64,000 nucleotides of DNA from Epiperipatus broadwayi (taxonomy: Eukaryota > Animalia > Onychophora), in contig JAQFVV010000002.1 of NCBI GenBank assembly GCA_028023455.1, forward strand, positions 11,966,001-12,030,000, given 5' to 3'. How positions within the stretch are numbered: position 1 is the stretch's first letter; every line of letters begins with the position of its first letter. A model generated the notes under the pieces. That model did not search any database, had not been told where the DNA came from, and worked only from the letters and a program-made list of their open reading frames with translations. Positions 9,726-22,030 of the stretch are shown piece by piece. Both the position numbers and the translations under genes were made by a program.

Positions 9726-10259
9726 AACAAATGATATGTTTAACCTTTCTTTATATAGAAAAACAAATTTTTCATATGCAAAGAATCTAAAATAATCTGA
9801 GCATTCTAATAATTACTTATAAACTTTCAAAATCAAATTACCTAATAAGTTAATGTTGACAGGTTGAAAAATTCATTTAGAAAAAAGTAAACACATATGC
9901 ATCACAATACAGCTCTGCATATGAACACTAGCAAAATTAAATACAATTGGATATACATAAGAACAAAAGTTTATTACAGGTAAAAAATAAATATTAACAA
10001 AATAACAATCAATAATAACAATAATGATAATAAATAGCAATATTAATTAAACTAAAATTTCATAGAAATATATATTCTTAGCAACAAATCATAAACACAT
10101 TCTAAATTAAACAAAAGAACAGGAAAAATATATAAGAGAATGTTACAATGATTTAGAATTCAAACACATAACCCTATTTATTTCAAATGGTAGACTTTTA
10201 GTCTGTTTATTTGACATTTTGTAATTCTAGCATTTAACTTCTTCTACAGCATACTTTTT

Positions 10260-12400
10260 TCTGAACAAATATTTTATCCTACAGTAGTTCTTTATTATAT
10301 TCTATCTTCAATGATATCCTTCTAATGAAAGCTCTTTTTAAAGAGAATTTGCAATAGTATATATAAACTAAATGGGCATGTTTTGTAATATAACAGTTAT
10401 CACTTGATATTGTCTGCAATTCTTTTGGGTACTTGAATTAATGTTTGCAGCAAAGATTTTATATCTCACAATGTGCCATTAATAAGCAATTTTGAGATTT
10501 ATCTGATATTAGAAATAAAAGGATGTTCTAAACATAATAATGGATCAATGTGTCATTTTTATTTTGCAAATAAGCATTCCCACAATTTTTAGAATTAAAG
10601 AAAAAACACATTTTTATATGAAACATATAGAATATACACAATTAGAAGTTGAAAAACATAATACGTAAGTGCCTAATCCTTTAATATTCTTCAAATTTGT
10701 GGAGAAGTCTTTGCCCACAATGAATTATTTAATGTTATTACTTTAATATGTGACAGATGATGCAATAGTGTATCTTTAATAAAATTAATATTTCTTCTTT
10801 ATAGGTACATTTTATTATAGGTATTTTAAAACAAATACATTTATACCATAATTGTGATAGTATATATAACATGAAAATATAAAAGATTCAAAAATAATAA
10901 AATAAACATTTTTAAGAACATATATTATCATCATTTTCAGTCACTATCAATCTGTTGTATAATAAAAGTCTCCCTGAGTTTACTCCATACTTTTTATTCA
11001 AAGTATTTCTTCCTCATATCACATCAGCAAAATATCTAATCCATCCATTTTATACAAGATATTTCTCCAAATCTTTTAAGACCTTTTAATATCCAGCTTA
11101 AGACTTTAATTATTCAATACGACTAATCCTACTCTATGTCATCTCTTAATTCTTTCAAAGACATTAATAATATTTATTTATTTTCTCTACATATTTTGTT
11201 TTTTTTGGTTTCTTCTATTCAATAGTAAAAATATCTTAATTATTTTGAATAGTTTCAATCTCTATATTATTCTTCTAGTAAATGTCCAAATCTCATATTC
11301 ATAAAAATATGCAATCTTTCCAGACAAAGGCATATTTCTTTTTAATATTAAATTATTTCAAAGAAGTTCATTTCTACAAATAATTCCTTTCTTATCCAAA
11401 CTATTTATATTTTTTAAAATATATAATTTATTAATATAAAATAATCTTTATTTTATCTCTTTTTAAAAATTCACTGTTGCATTTTGATAAAAAAATAATA
11501 ATCAGAATTTGATGTTTTGGATATGTCACACTATTTTAAAGTCTTATTCACTGTAATAAAACTATAAAGTTAAAAGCATGTTCATAATCTATACACCTAA
11601 ATCAAAATGTTGACATATTCATCCATCTTTTCTATAACTGCCTGAATATTTAAATGTAATCTATCAGGTTATAAACTTCTTTTAAATCCAGATTATTTTT
11701 TGTTTGCTTAAATCTAATAATTTTATGAAGTTAATAAATATTTATATATAACTGATAAGAATCTAACAGATTTTTAATTCCTAATACTTAACTCTCTTCA
11801 AAATCAATGCCATTATTAAATTATTCAATAATTTGGAGTGTCTTTATCATTTAGACATATTTTATGTATTCTTCCTAATAATTTTTTATTTCTAAATCTC
11901 TTTTTTAAAACATTTATAATGATTCAGTCATTTTCTAGAACTTTTCTGGAGTTTTTTAAATTTTTTTTGCAGATTTATTGCATGTCACATCTCATTCAGA
12001 ATATATGGCATTCCAATCAAAAATGCTATTCTTTATTGTTTTCGTGGTTTACATCACTATATAAATATGCTTATTTTCTTCTTTTGCTAAAATTTTTCTA
12101 CTAAGGCTTATATAACATTTATATACCTCTGAGATGTTTATTCTCTTGTATTGCTTTCTCAATCATTTCACATTGATATTTTCAAATGATATCATTATTT
12201 TTTTTCCATATCATTTTTTAGAGTTTCATATATTCATTTCTTCTAAATGGAATACTTCAAAATACTTTAATATTCTTTCTTCTCTAAATACGTGGTTATG
12301 ATTCAATAAAAAATTTACTTAAGTTCAGTCATGTATTTTTGAAGATTAATTATACTAATGATTGTGTTATCATGAACAATTTACAGATAATTTATAAAAT
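10260..12400 (-). mobile_element. Heavily decayed RTE-like LINE ORF2
   Basis: Minus-strand motif remnants in the expected order: CEMIEKAIQENK (~12160), IDYEHAFNF (~11580, cf. FVDYEKAFD), CPLS-like (~11325), RYFAD (~11030, cf. YADD). Many stops and frameshifts. Boundaries approximate. Confidence 0.65.
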
Positions 12401-12414
12401 ATTTTCAATGTTTT

Positions 12415-12470
12415 GATGATGATGATGATGATGATAATAACAATAATAATAATCATCATCATCTGTGGTT
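12415..12470. repeat. (GAT)n/(AAT)n/(CAT)n microsatellite
   Basis: TGATGATGATGATGATGATGATAATAACAATAATAATAATCATCATCATC. Confidence 0.9.
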
Positions 12471-12489
12471 CTGCTGTGCAAACAGAAGT

Positions 12490-14890
12490 AACACAATGGC
12501 TAAATCTCTAATCACAAACAAAAAATATTCAAGAAAGATACTAACCTTACAGCAAAAGCAACAAACAGTAAGAGGATAATGCTCCCAAGTAACAAAAGAA
12601 AATTCTATATCAAAATAATAAGCAAATAACCTGATTAATAAGAAAAAAGATTGACACTACAGAAAAAAACATGGCATCGGTACAAAAAAATAACGAGTTA
12701 ATTGCTGCCAAAATAGTTCACCATAAATCAAACATAAACAATATAGCAAAAACTTATGCAAATGCTGCAAAATCAAATGGACCACAAATAGCACAGTAAA
12801 TTATTCAAAATTACCTCAGGCTTCTAGATTCAGAAAAACAAATCTGAAAGATATTAATGAGCTAAATCTCAGATGTAATGATAATCTAGAACCACCAGAA
12901 GCTGTCTGGAATCAAGAGGAATTGCAAATAATAAATGCCAGCTTTAACAACACGATTCCAAAAAAAACTATTCAACACATTTAAAAAATTATTCTCACCA
13001 AAATCAATCATATTAGTCATAACAGACAAAAATTTCACCCTTTATAAATTTCCTAGAGAATTATTATACAAAGCATTAACTGAAAAAAGCAATATGGGAT
13101 ACAGTATCAAGCATTGAAGATCACCCAAACTCGTGATATCTAGCAATATATTTTTTTGACAAGTATCAAAGAAATAGATTTCAAGTGGAAATTAAAATGC
13201 TGGGAAACTATGCATTAATAACGGTGGCCAAGAATTTATAAAACTACATTGTGGGCACTATCAAAAATACATTCTTTGGGTATAGTATGTAGGATTTTCA
13301 AAATATGATAAAACCATTTGGAAAAGCAATATACCTAAACTCTATATAATTAAATGACACTCCCACACCAGTATATAGTAACAGTTTTCAATTTAAAATA
13401 AAATTAAAGGATACTGTGATCCCAGAAAACATTCCAACACAGATCATGAATGAAGATGCAATGCTTACACTTCATTTAAAAGGCCGAAGGCCACAATGTT
13501 TTTCATGTGGAGATCGAGGATATCTGGCAATAAATTGTAATACATTCCAAACTGTAAAAAACTAAGTTGACATAAGCCAACAACAGATAACACAAATTCA
13601 AAAGAAAGGAACTAATGCATCTGATGGAGGGACCAATACTAAACAAAAGTCTATAGAAAAGCAACAACCCCAAGACAGTATAAACAAAGAAACAACTACA
13701 GGCATCGAGCTTTTAGATCTATTAAGTAAAAAAATTAATTGAGATTAAACACTTAGCCGAAACACTGAGAAAATTATGCCAAATAACCCAACACACAATA
13801 CAGAAAAAAACAGTGAGGGTTCCAGTGAAAAAAATAAAAGCAATAAAAAAAAATCTCAATAATATTAATAACACAAATACTAAATCTCAGTCATCATGCA
13901 TACCAAGGACAAAAAATAACATGTCATCAAGTATAACACAAGCAATCACTTCATATATGCCTAAAATTATTCAAACAATGCCAGAGGCAAAGAGAAGACC
14001 AGGAAGACCATTAAAAAAAGCAGGAATGCCATAAAGATAGCAGAATCAAGCAATTCAGAAGAGATTTCTAAACAAGTACACCACTCAAGTGATACAACCA
14101 ATGAAGAAATAGATCTAGACTAAGAAGATGCCCAGGACCAACTGTTAGCAACAATTCAAATCATGAGCATTACGTCACCTGATTCATATAACATAAATGA
14201 AAATAAAAATTGCAGCAATTAAAGTAAGGGGACACCCGAGGAACAGTTCTTTCACTTGAACTACTCTCATGATCTATGCATTTGAACTAATGACTGCTTG
14301 ATCCACATGTGTGTGTATAAACTTGACATTAAGTTTTAAATATATAATTTTTTCTATTAATGCCAAAACACTCTTTCACTTGAACTACTCTCATGAACTA
14401 TACAATTGAACTAATGAATGCTTGCTCCATTTATATGTGTATAAATGTAACATGGAGTTTTAACTATAAAATCTTTTTTTTATTCTACTCTCATGAACTA
14501 TGCATTTGAACTAATGAAAGCTTGCTTCACTTATAAGTGTATAAGAGTGACATTGAGTTTTAAATATATAATCATTTTTTATTAATGCTAAATTGTTTTG
14601 TCCCTTGCAAAAATTACAACTCTTCCATGACTTATGTATATAATCATTTTTTATTAATGCTAAATTGTTTTGTCCCTTGCAAAAATTACAACTCTTCCAT
14701 GACTTATGTACCCTTATACATAAATATAATTGCAGAAGATAAACGAATACCATGTAAACAAATCTTGTATATACAAACATAAACAATGTAAAATTTTACT
14801 TTGAGTCAATAAAGTTCCTTTTTGCAACATCATCATAACAACAAAAACAACAATAATAATAATGTTGATGATGATAATAATAATAATAAT
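12490..14890 (+). mobile_element. L1/Tx1-clade element: decayed ORF1, truncated ORF2 start, probable 3' UTR
   Basis: TYANAAKS motif (~12755) and zinc knuckle CFSCGDRGYLAINC (13497-13538, CX2CX4[H>Y]X4C). ATG at 14197 gives MKIKIAAIKVRG, like the first APE motif (I.T.NVRG), then breaks off into tandem repeats. AATAAA at ~14809 and an (AAT)n tail follow. Confidence 0.75.
14249..14710 (+). repeat. Nested tandem repeats: three ~100-124-bp diverged units, then an exact 72-bp duplication
   Basis: CTACTCTCATGA recurs at 14261, 14385 and 14485. 14567-14638 is duplicated at 14639-14710. Confidence 0.9.
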
Positions 14891-17800
14891 GTCCTTAGTT
14901 GAATCCTATATTGCAACAGCTTGCTTTACCACTAGAGAATGGTTGTCCACTAATATATATTTATCAAATTATGTATAATTATGTCTATTTACTCTGTGTC
15001 ATTACAAAACACTAAATCTCCCAGTTAAAGACTAATGCACAACAGTTCATTACATTGCATATTATGCATTGGACACCTTTTATTTTCTAAGGATGTCACC
15101 AAACCATGTTCTTAAACTACATTAAAAAAATTATTCTTAAAATATATATGAAATTCAAATGAAAGTAAACTAAATATAATAAGCTATTGATAAATAAAAT
15201 CCATACATCAACAAATGAGTTAGTTTACTTCCAATTGAATTTCATATACATTAAGTTATGCTTATTTGACATTTACATTTATAAACTTACATTAAATTAT
15301 ACTAAGATTATTAAATAATAAGACTCCATCTCTATTTTCTATTTTGCACAATTGTGATTTTAAAATGATTATGCCATATTTAAAAGAGACTAATATATAA
15401 TTTCCACTTTTTATTTCCAGAAATGTCAATAAACAAATACTTATAAAATCAAAAGCTTAAAAAATAAGTGAATTTACACTATTCTTTACTATTTGTTGAC
15501 ATATGAATGTTTTTATCTATAATTTTTGGGGGAGTTAGATTACTTTTGTTTGAATTTCATATACATTAAGGTTATGCTTATTAGACATTTAAAACATATA
15601 TTAATTTATGCTCTGTATAATTCACAATTTAATATAAAAAAATTATAATCATATTTTTTGCTTAATATCAGGAATATTATCTACATTTTAAACATTACAA
15701 TATAGCTACTGAAATTTTCATTTTATTTTAGAAATTAAATGTTTTATCTATTTTTATTTGTATACTCAATTTACTTTTAAAAATTATATTTAAAGTCATT
15801 TTTATATTTCAATCATAGAGTTGCAAATAGATGAGATAAACTTCTAAGAGCAAAAGACGTATAGTAAATAAGATATTGCCCAGTAGCTTTTGTTGATATG
15901 GTGGACATGGCAATCAATCATTTTTACTTTGAAATCTTGGTTATATTTTATATATGTATGCATATTTATATTAAATAAATTGGATAAAATATTAAAGAGT
16001 ACTAAATATAATTTGTTAGCAAACAAAAACTTAATAATAATAGTCTTTTTGTATTTGAGAAAGGATGAATTCATATAATGAGTTGCAAAATATATAAAAA
16101 AAATAATAATAATAAACGCAAGCCGAAAATCAATAAATCATTGATTTCTACATTTTCCTTCCAAACTACTTTAAAGTAATTTAAGAATTATAATGAATTC
16201 AAACTTTGATTTATTTTTTTTTGCTTTAATCATTATCTAAAAATAAATATTCTATTAACAAGCAGCATCTTCAAATAATTTTTGAAATTCTTTTCATGCT
16301 TTCTCAAATTTTATCAAATATTTCTTTTTTACTCTTGATAAAAGAAATATCTTAACAATGTCCAATGAAAGATTTTTCTTAGTGATGTTCAGTGGATAGT
16401 TAAAACGTTTTTTCGGTAGTCACAATTAAGACAATGTTAGCCCATTACTTGTCACTAAAAACAAATTTTATTGATAAAACTTCAAAATAAACGAAGATAT
16501 AATCTTATTAAATGACTTTGCTTTAAAGAATTCAAAAGAAACTTGGATGGTTTTTTTAAAAAAAGTCTTAGTATGTGTATATTAAATTCAGACTAAAACA
16601 GGACTGAAATAATTAAACATGGCATTATGACCAAGTGGTAACCCTTGATCATCATCGATGGTAGTTATTTCTAAACACAATTACATTAATGTGTCACTAT
16701 TCACTATTTAAATTCGTATCATATACTTCAATAAAAATCAACAATTTGATGACTAATTCCCTTCTAAGAAAATGAAATGTGGTTACTCAATTGAATCACT
16801 AGAAACTAAAATGGTTTACAATAATTATAAAATATAATTTTATCTAATATTTGTATTTAAAGTTTATTCTATTTAAATGAATTCTTAATCTAAAGCTGTA
16901 CCATAACTAATTCCCATTTTCTAAAATGTATAACAGAATTACAACTAATGTCACCATACATTGCCGTTCGTTTTAGCAGTATTGGTAGTTCATTAACTTT
17001 ATCATTTATATTGCTTTTTTTCTCTCAACGAAATAGTTTTATTAGTAGTAGTAGTAGCAGTAATAACTAAATTTACATATTTGCATCTCAAATATTTTAT
17101 TTTACAACTACTTCTAATTTTGCTTTTATATTTCTTCGTTATATACATAACTTACTGCTTAATTGCTCTGAGTACATGGTCAGTTAAAAATGTTGTTTCA
17201 AAAGTTGAAAAATTATGGAAAGATTCCCAATTGAGTGGAATAAAAAAGAGAAACTACAGTCTACTATTTTATTCTTTGAATACCATTTGACAACATGTGA
17301 TCTTACAATAAATAAATAAACTAGTTAATTTATTAATAAACATATTTCTCAACCAGATTTATTTTGTCTAAAGATACACAGGATATGCCTCCACTTATCA
17401 TGTCATCAAGATCATTTTATAAGCTTAAAAAAAAATAGTTTTTTTTTTTAATCTAATGTCATGATTTCCTGTAACTATTGAAAAATGATTCTGTAATGCT
17501 ATAATTTATTTAATATATCACTGAATTATTTATAAAATCTAATCCACTTATCTAGCCTACTTTTTAAGAATAAACCTATAATCCATTATTTATACAAACA
17601 TTTGCATATGTGCACATTATCATTGTAAATATCACTAGAAGGCATTCATAAATAAGTATGGTTACTCTTTAGAAAAAGAAGTGAAAAGAACATTAAAAAA
17701 AACCAAAATGTTAAAGATGTGTTTTATGATAACTATATAAACCAATCCATGAATCACAAATATGTCCACATATATTGCATTCTGATTAATTATTGTGTTT

Positions 17801-18029
17801 AATTTTTCTTCCTAAAAAATTTCATTACTTTATTCTAGCACTCAATTGTATTTCGACATCAGTCACATTTTTTCAATAAAAGTTAATAATGTACTTACTT
17901 ATTTAGAAAATATTCAAGATATTTAAAATGTAAATGGCTGCTTCCTGCAACTATAGTGAGTAATTAATGTTTCATCAGATGATAGTACAATTTAATGTCC
18001 AATCATAAGACTGATTTTCAGTTTTTCTC

Positions 18030-18270
18030 CAAAGCTAACACCAATTCACTTATGCATCTGGTGGCCATCTTTAATTCCTTATTTTATTATCAAGCTAATA
18101 AGTGAAAGTTTTTAACAACCCAATCCAGCCTTTTTTCATAGATTAAATATATAGATCTGATAGCAAGTCAGCAATATATATTTTATTAACCTCAGTTTTA
18201 GTACAACTGTAGTAGCTTTTTTCTTGACTAGGATTAATAATACAAACATAACACCTTTCAATTCTTTTAC
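18030..18270. repeat. Dispersed ~250-bp repeat, copy 1 (unclassified)
   Basis: Shares GCCATCTTTAATT, ATCAAGCTAATA, TATATTTTATTAAC.TCAGTT and CACTAGGA-like blocks in the same order with 24585-24845. Confidence 0.6.
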
Positions 18271-18299
18271 TTTACAGATTTTAATTGTATTACAGTAAG

Positions 18300-18750
18300 A
18301 TTTTTAAAAATCAAATGATTTGGTTGATATGTAAATTGGCTCTGTATCTCACATGAAACCCATACTCAAATTTGCTATAAATATTTTTAAAAACAATTAC
18401 TTTTTATTCATTTCACAATCTAAATCTTACAATTGCAGATTCAGTGATATCATATTCATAAAGCTAGAGAGTATTCTGATTGGTCTAATAATTTAGACCA
18501 TAATATTTTCAGAATATTTTAAAATATCCTTAAATACATTTTTTTTCTAATATCTTTATGCTAAATTGAAAAAGGATTTGTGATTTGTTTCCATACAACA
18601 AATATGGCAGAAAAACAATTCTAAATATAACTAATTTATTAAAGTAGTTGGTTTCAATATGTTGAAATACCTAATTTTTTTAATTTGTAAAGTACAGCAT
18701 CATATTAAAATCTGCATTATACTTTAATATTCAAATCTAACTTTCTACTT
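18300..18750 (-). mobile_element. CR1/L2-like RT remnant
   Basis: Minus strand NYRPIRILSSFMN-like motif (~18500, cf. NYRPISIL) followed by a FEYGFH-like segment (cf. QYGFR). Confidence 0.55.
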
Positions 18751-19974
18751 ACAAACTATCAACATATTTATAGCTGAATTATATTCTTAATCCAAGCCAA
18801 AAGTTGCTTAAGATTATTCTTTCTTCCCTAAGTAAAAAAAAAAAAAAAACCTAGTTTTTTTTAATATTAATTACTAAAATGATCTATATGAAAAACCAAT
18901 GAATTCATTTGTACTAGAATATTCATGCTTACATTTTGCTGATTAAATAGTTTATAAAGACACCATACCTCACATTTTAACTTTAATGTCAGAAAACATT
19001 TCAATTTTTTTATACATAAATACTGACAAGTAGTTGTGCTTAAATTAGCAATACATAAAATTGCACATTAAACAGAATTAAATGCAAATTTAATCATAAT
19101 ACTAATAGATGTGTTTATTTTTACATAATTTTGAATAAAATATATATGAAATACTTTCAAAACAATAAAATTATTGCTAAAAACTCATATAATTCTTATA
19201 AATATTAGTCTTCATTTAATATAAAAAGTAGAAAGAATCAACTCAATGTTATTCCATGCATATTCATATATAGTATATAAGATGATAGTTAGTGAAAACT
19301 ACAGAATAAAAACATAATACTTGTGATTTTTGATAGTTAAAAATGAATTTACTACAAAATTAATTCTAAAATATATATATACACACACAATCAATATTAG
19401 CTGATAAACAGAAATATCTATCAATAATCAGCTTTTAAGGTAACCATTTTCTTTTAATCATTATGATGTTTAAAATTTATATCATGTTATAAAATAACGT
19501 GAAAGCTAAACACCTTCAAACAGATACGCTTTAAAAATGCTTAAGTGACAGCCAATCAGATGGAATAATGGCATCACATGGGACCCCAAGTTCTAAAACA
19601 CAAGCTTTCACGTTATTATATTATCTGTTTACACTTAAATTTAATATATTTACATTTATTAATATCATTTCATGTTATAAAAGAAAAATGTCTTTGTCTG
19701 CTTGAAGGTAGGTCAAAATATCACTTTAATACAAGTCACAAACCACAATATTATTCATTTTATAGCATACTTGTTTAACTTGGTGATAGTCATGGTCTCC
19801 AATCCAGATAAAGCTTATTATGTTTCAGCATATTTTGTCTTTGTTTTTTTTTATATGATAGTAAAAATATTTGAGAAATTTAAAGAATATTGTATTCTCT
19901 TTCTTTGTCTATTTAATAACCCATACTTACATATATATATATGCTTTGAGTTTCAAGATAGAGCATCAACCTGA

Positions 19975-20250
19975 TTTGTCATAATCCATGGCTATAACCC
20001 AGGGTTTAAATCCAGGCCAAGTATTTTTTTTTCAAAACGTTATATTTTTCTATTGTGTTGCTGTCTCCCACAGCTAACTCAGCCCATCATCCAACATTAG
20101 TTGGTAATTAGATATCTAGTTAATGTTAACTAAACTGCTCAAATCCTACTACTCAGAAAGTGGCAAATCTGATGAGTAATGCTGTTTCTCTTACTATTTC
20201 TCTAGAAAAGGCTATAAGAAAAACTTTTGAGCCATTTCTTAAATAATAGT
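19975..20250 (+). mobile_element. tRNA-derived SINE with conserved central domain
   Basis: B-box-like GGGTTTAAATCC (~20002), central CAGCTAACTCAGCCCATCATCC..GTTGGTAATT, tail GGCAAA..CTAGAAAA. Confidence 0.45.
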
Positions 20251-21449
20251 CTGATTTATCTTTTACATATATATATATGAAGTAGAATCAGTGCATATAA
20301 CTAGCCTGAAATTCAAATATAAAATATCTTTAATACCTACCTCCGCATTTCTTTCAGCAGCACTATCTTATAAACAAATAAAAAAGTCTGAAATTTAACA
20401 GCACAAGCAAGAGGTAACCTCTTGCTTGTATGCTGCAAAGTTGCTATATAAAATGAAATTCAGATCTATTTAAACAAGGAGCATAAACTTAAATCAGCAA
20501 TTATTTTGAATTACCAGTAACAAACATGTTTAATTTACATATACAAAGAAAGTATAATACAATAGTCATTTTAAACTTTGAAATTTCCTAAACCCAATAT
20601 GTATGATCATTGACAATTTAATTTTATGTTCCTTATTAAAATATGAATGAATTTCATAAAATAGACCAATTAATATGAATTGTATTTTGAAGAGGATTGA
20701 CAGATTATGAAAAAGCATTTGACTCTGTAAACAATTCTGTAACAATAAGAATTTTAAATCAGCAAAATATAGACTTAAGATAATATCAAATTCTGGAGAA
20801 TATTTATCATAATATAATAACAATGATTAGATTAATTGTATACCACTAAATATTAACAATGATTAAGAGTATGTGGGGGAATGATTCTATCTCTTCAAAA
20901 CTTTTGACTTTTGATAGCAGTTTTATGACAAGTATTTTGTAAACCAAATGAGAAGTTAAAAGAATAAAAATAAATGGAAATAATCTAAAACAGATGATAT
21001 GGTTGTTTTAATAACTAAAGCTTAGGAAAATGTTATTAAACTTTAATTTCCAACTTTCTACATTCACAACTTTGACCCTAACCACATCAAAAAATATATT
21101 AATAATTATTACTAATTATTCATTAAACTAGAAAGTTTCTCAAAGCTAGATATAAAATTTAACTCACAATTAAATTGATGACTTCTGGTTCATTATGAAA
21201 TGCATATCTTGGAGGCCAAATGTCTATTTCAGGTGTCTTTATTATTCACATGTTTCAGAAATATGTTCTGGAGTAGGGTTTTAAGTATATGTTAAAAAGA
21301 TTCATATGAAAGCAAGAAAACTGGACTAGAGATAAATACTAAAAGGACTAAAATTATATTTAAAGACTTTCCAAAAATGAGAAAATAATGATTGACAATA
21401 TAATAAATATCACATGATCACCATTTCTTATGCTTGTGCATGACTGTTA

Positions 21450-22030
21450 TTAAAACAGGCAAAAACTCCATACAGTAGTGCCACTGAATGCAAGCCAGAG
21501 TAATCAACAGATGCCAGAAGACTTGTGCATAAAAATTCCTATCTAGTGCCTACTTATCCAATATACCCAGACTAATTTCGTACTCTTGGCTTTTGTCAGT
21601 GAGGAGCCTTGGATCTGAGAGTACTGCACCTAAATCTTACGATCTAATGCAACCCTCTAGTAGCCACCTTTTATCTCTACTTAACTACAAAACTATGAGT
21701 CTAAAATCTGAAAACAATAATATTTTCAATCCAAACTCAGTAGCTTATGAAAATATTATTGTGTTTTCAATTTTAGACTCATAGTTTTGTAATTAAGTAG
21801 AGATAAAAGGTGGCTACTAGAGGGTTGCATTAGATCCTAAGATTTAGGTGCAATACTTTCAGATTCAAGGCTCCTCACTGACAAAAGCCAAGAGTACAAA
21901 ATTAGTATGGGGATATTGGATAAGTAGGCACTAGATAGGAATTTTTATGCACAAGTCTTCTGGCATCCATTGATTACTCTGGCTTGCATTCAGTGGCACT
22001 ACTGTATGGAGAGTTTTGCCTATTTTTATA
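21450..22030. mobile_element. Palindromic element, family F3 (long copy, decayed hammerheads)
   Basis: Arms ~21450-21728 and ~21748-22030 are reverse complements around a ~19-nt spacer and are homologous to 6804-7118. The cores read CTGACAA...GAAATTAGTC (left arm, minus strand) and CTGACAA...AAAATTAGTA (right arm). Confidence 0.85.

Noticed and set aside
20168-20215. CTGATGA hit suggesting another hammerhead
   Set aside because: No correctly spaced stem II-GAAA-NUH or stem I. It lies in a SINE tail. Similar lone CTGANGA hits near 8013, 17972, 47580 and 58757 fail in the same way.
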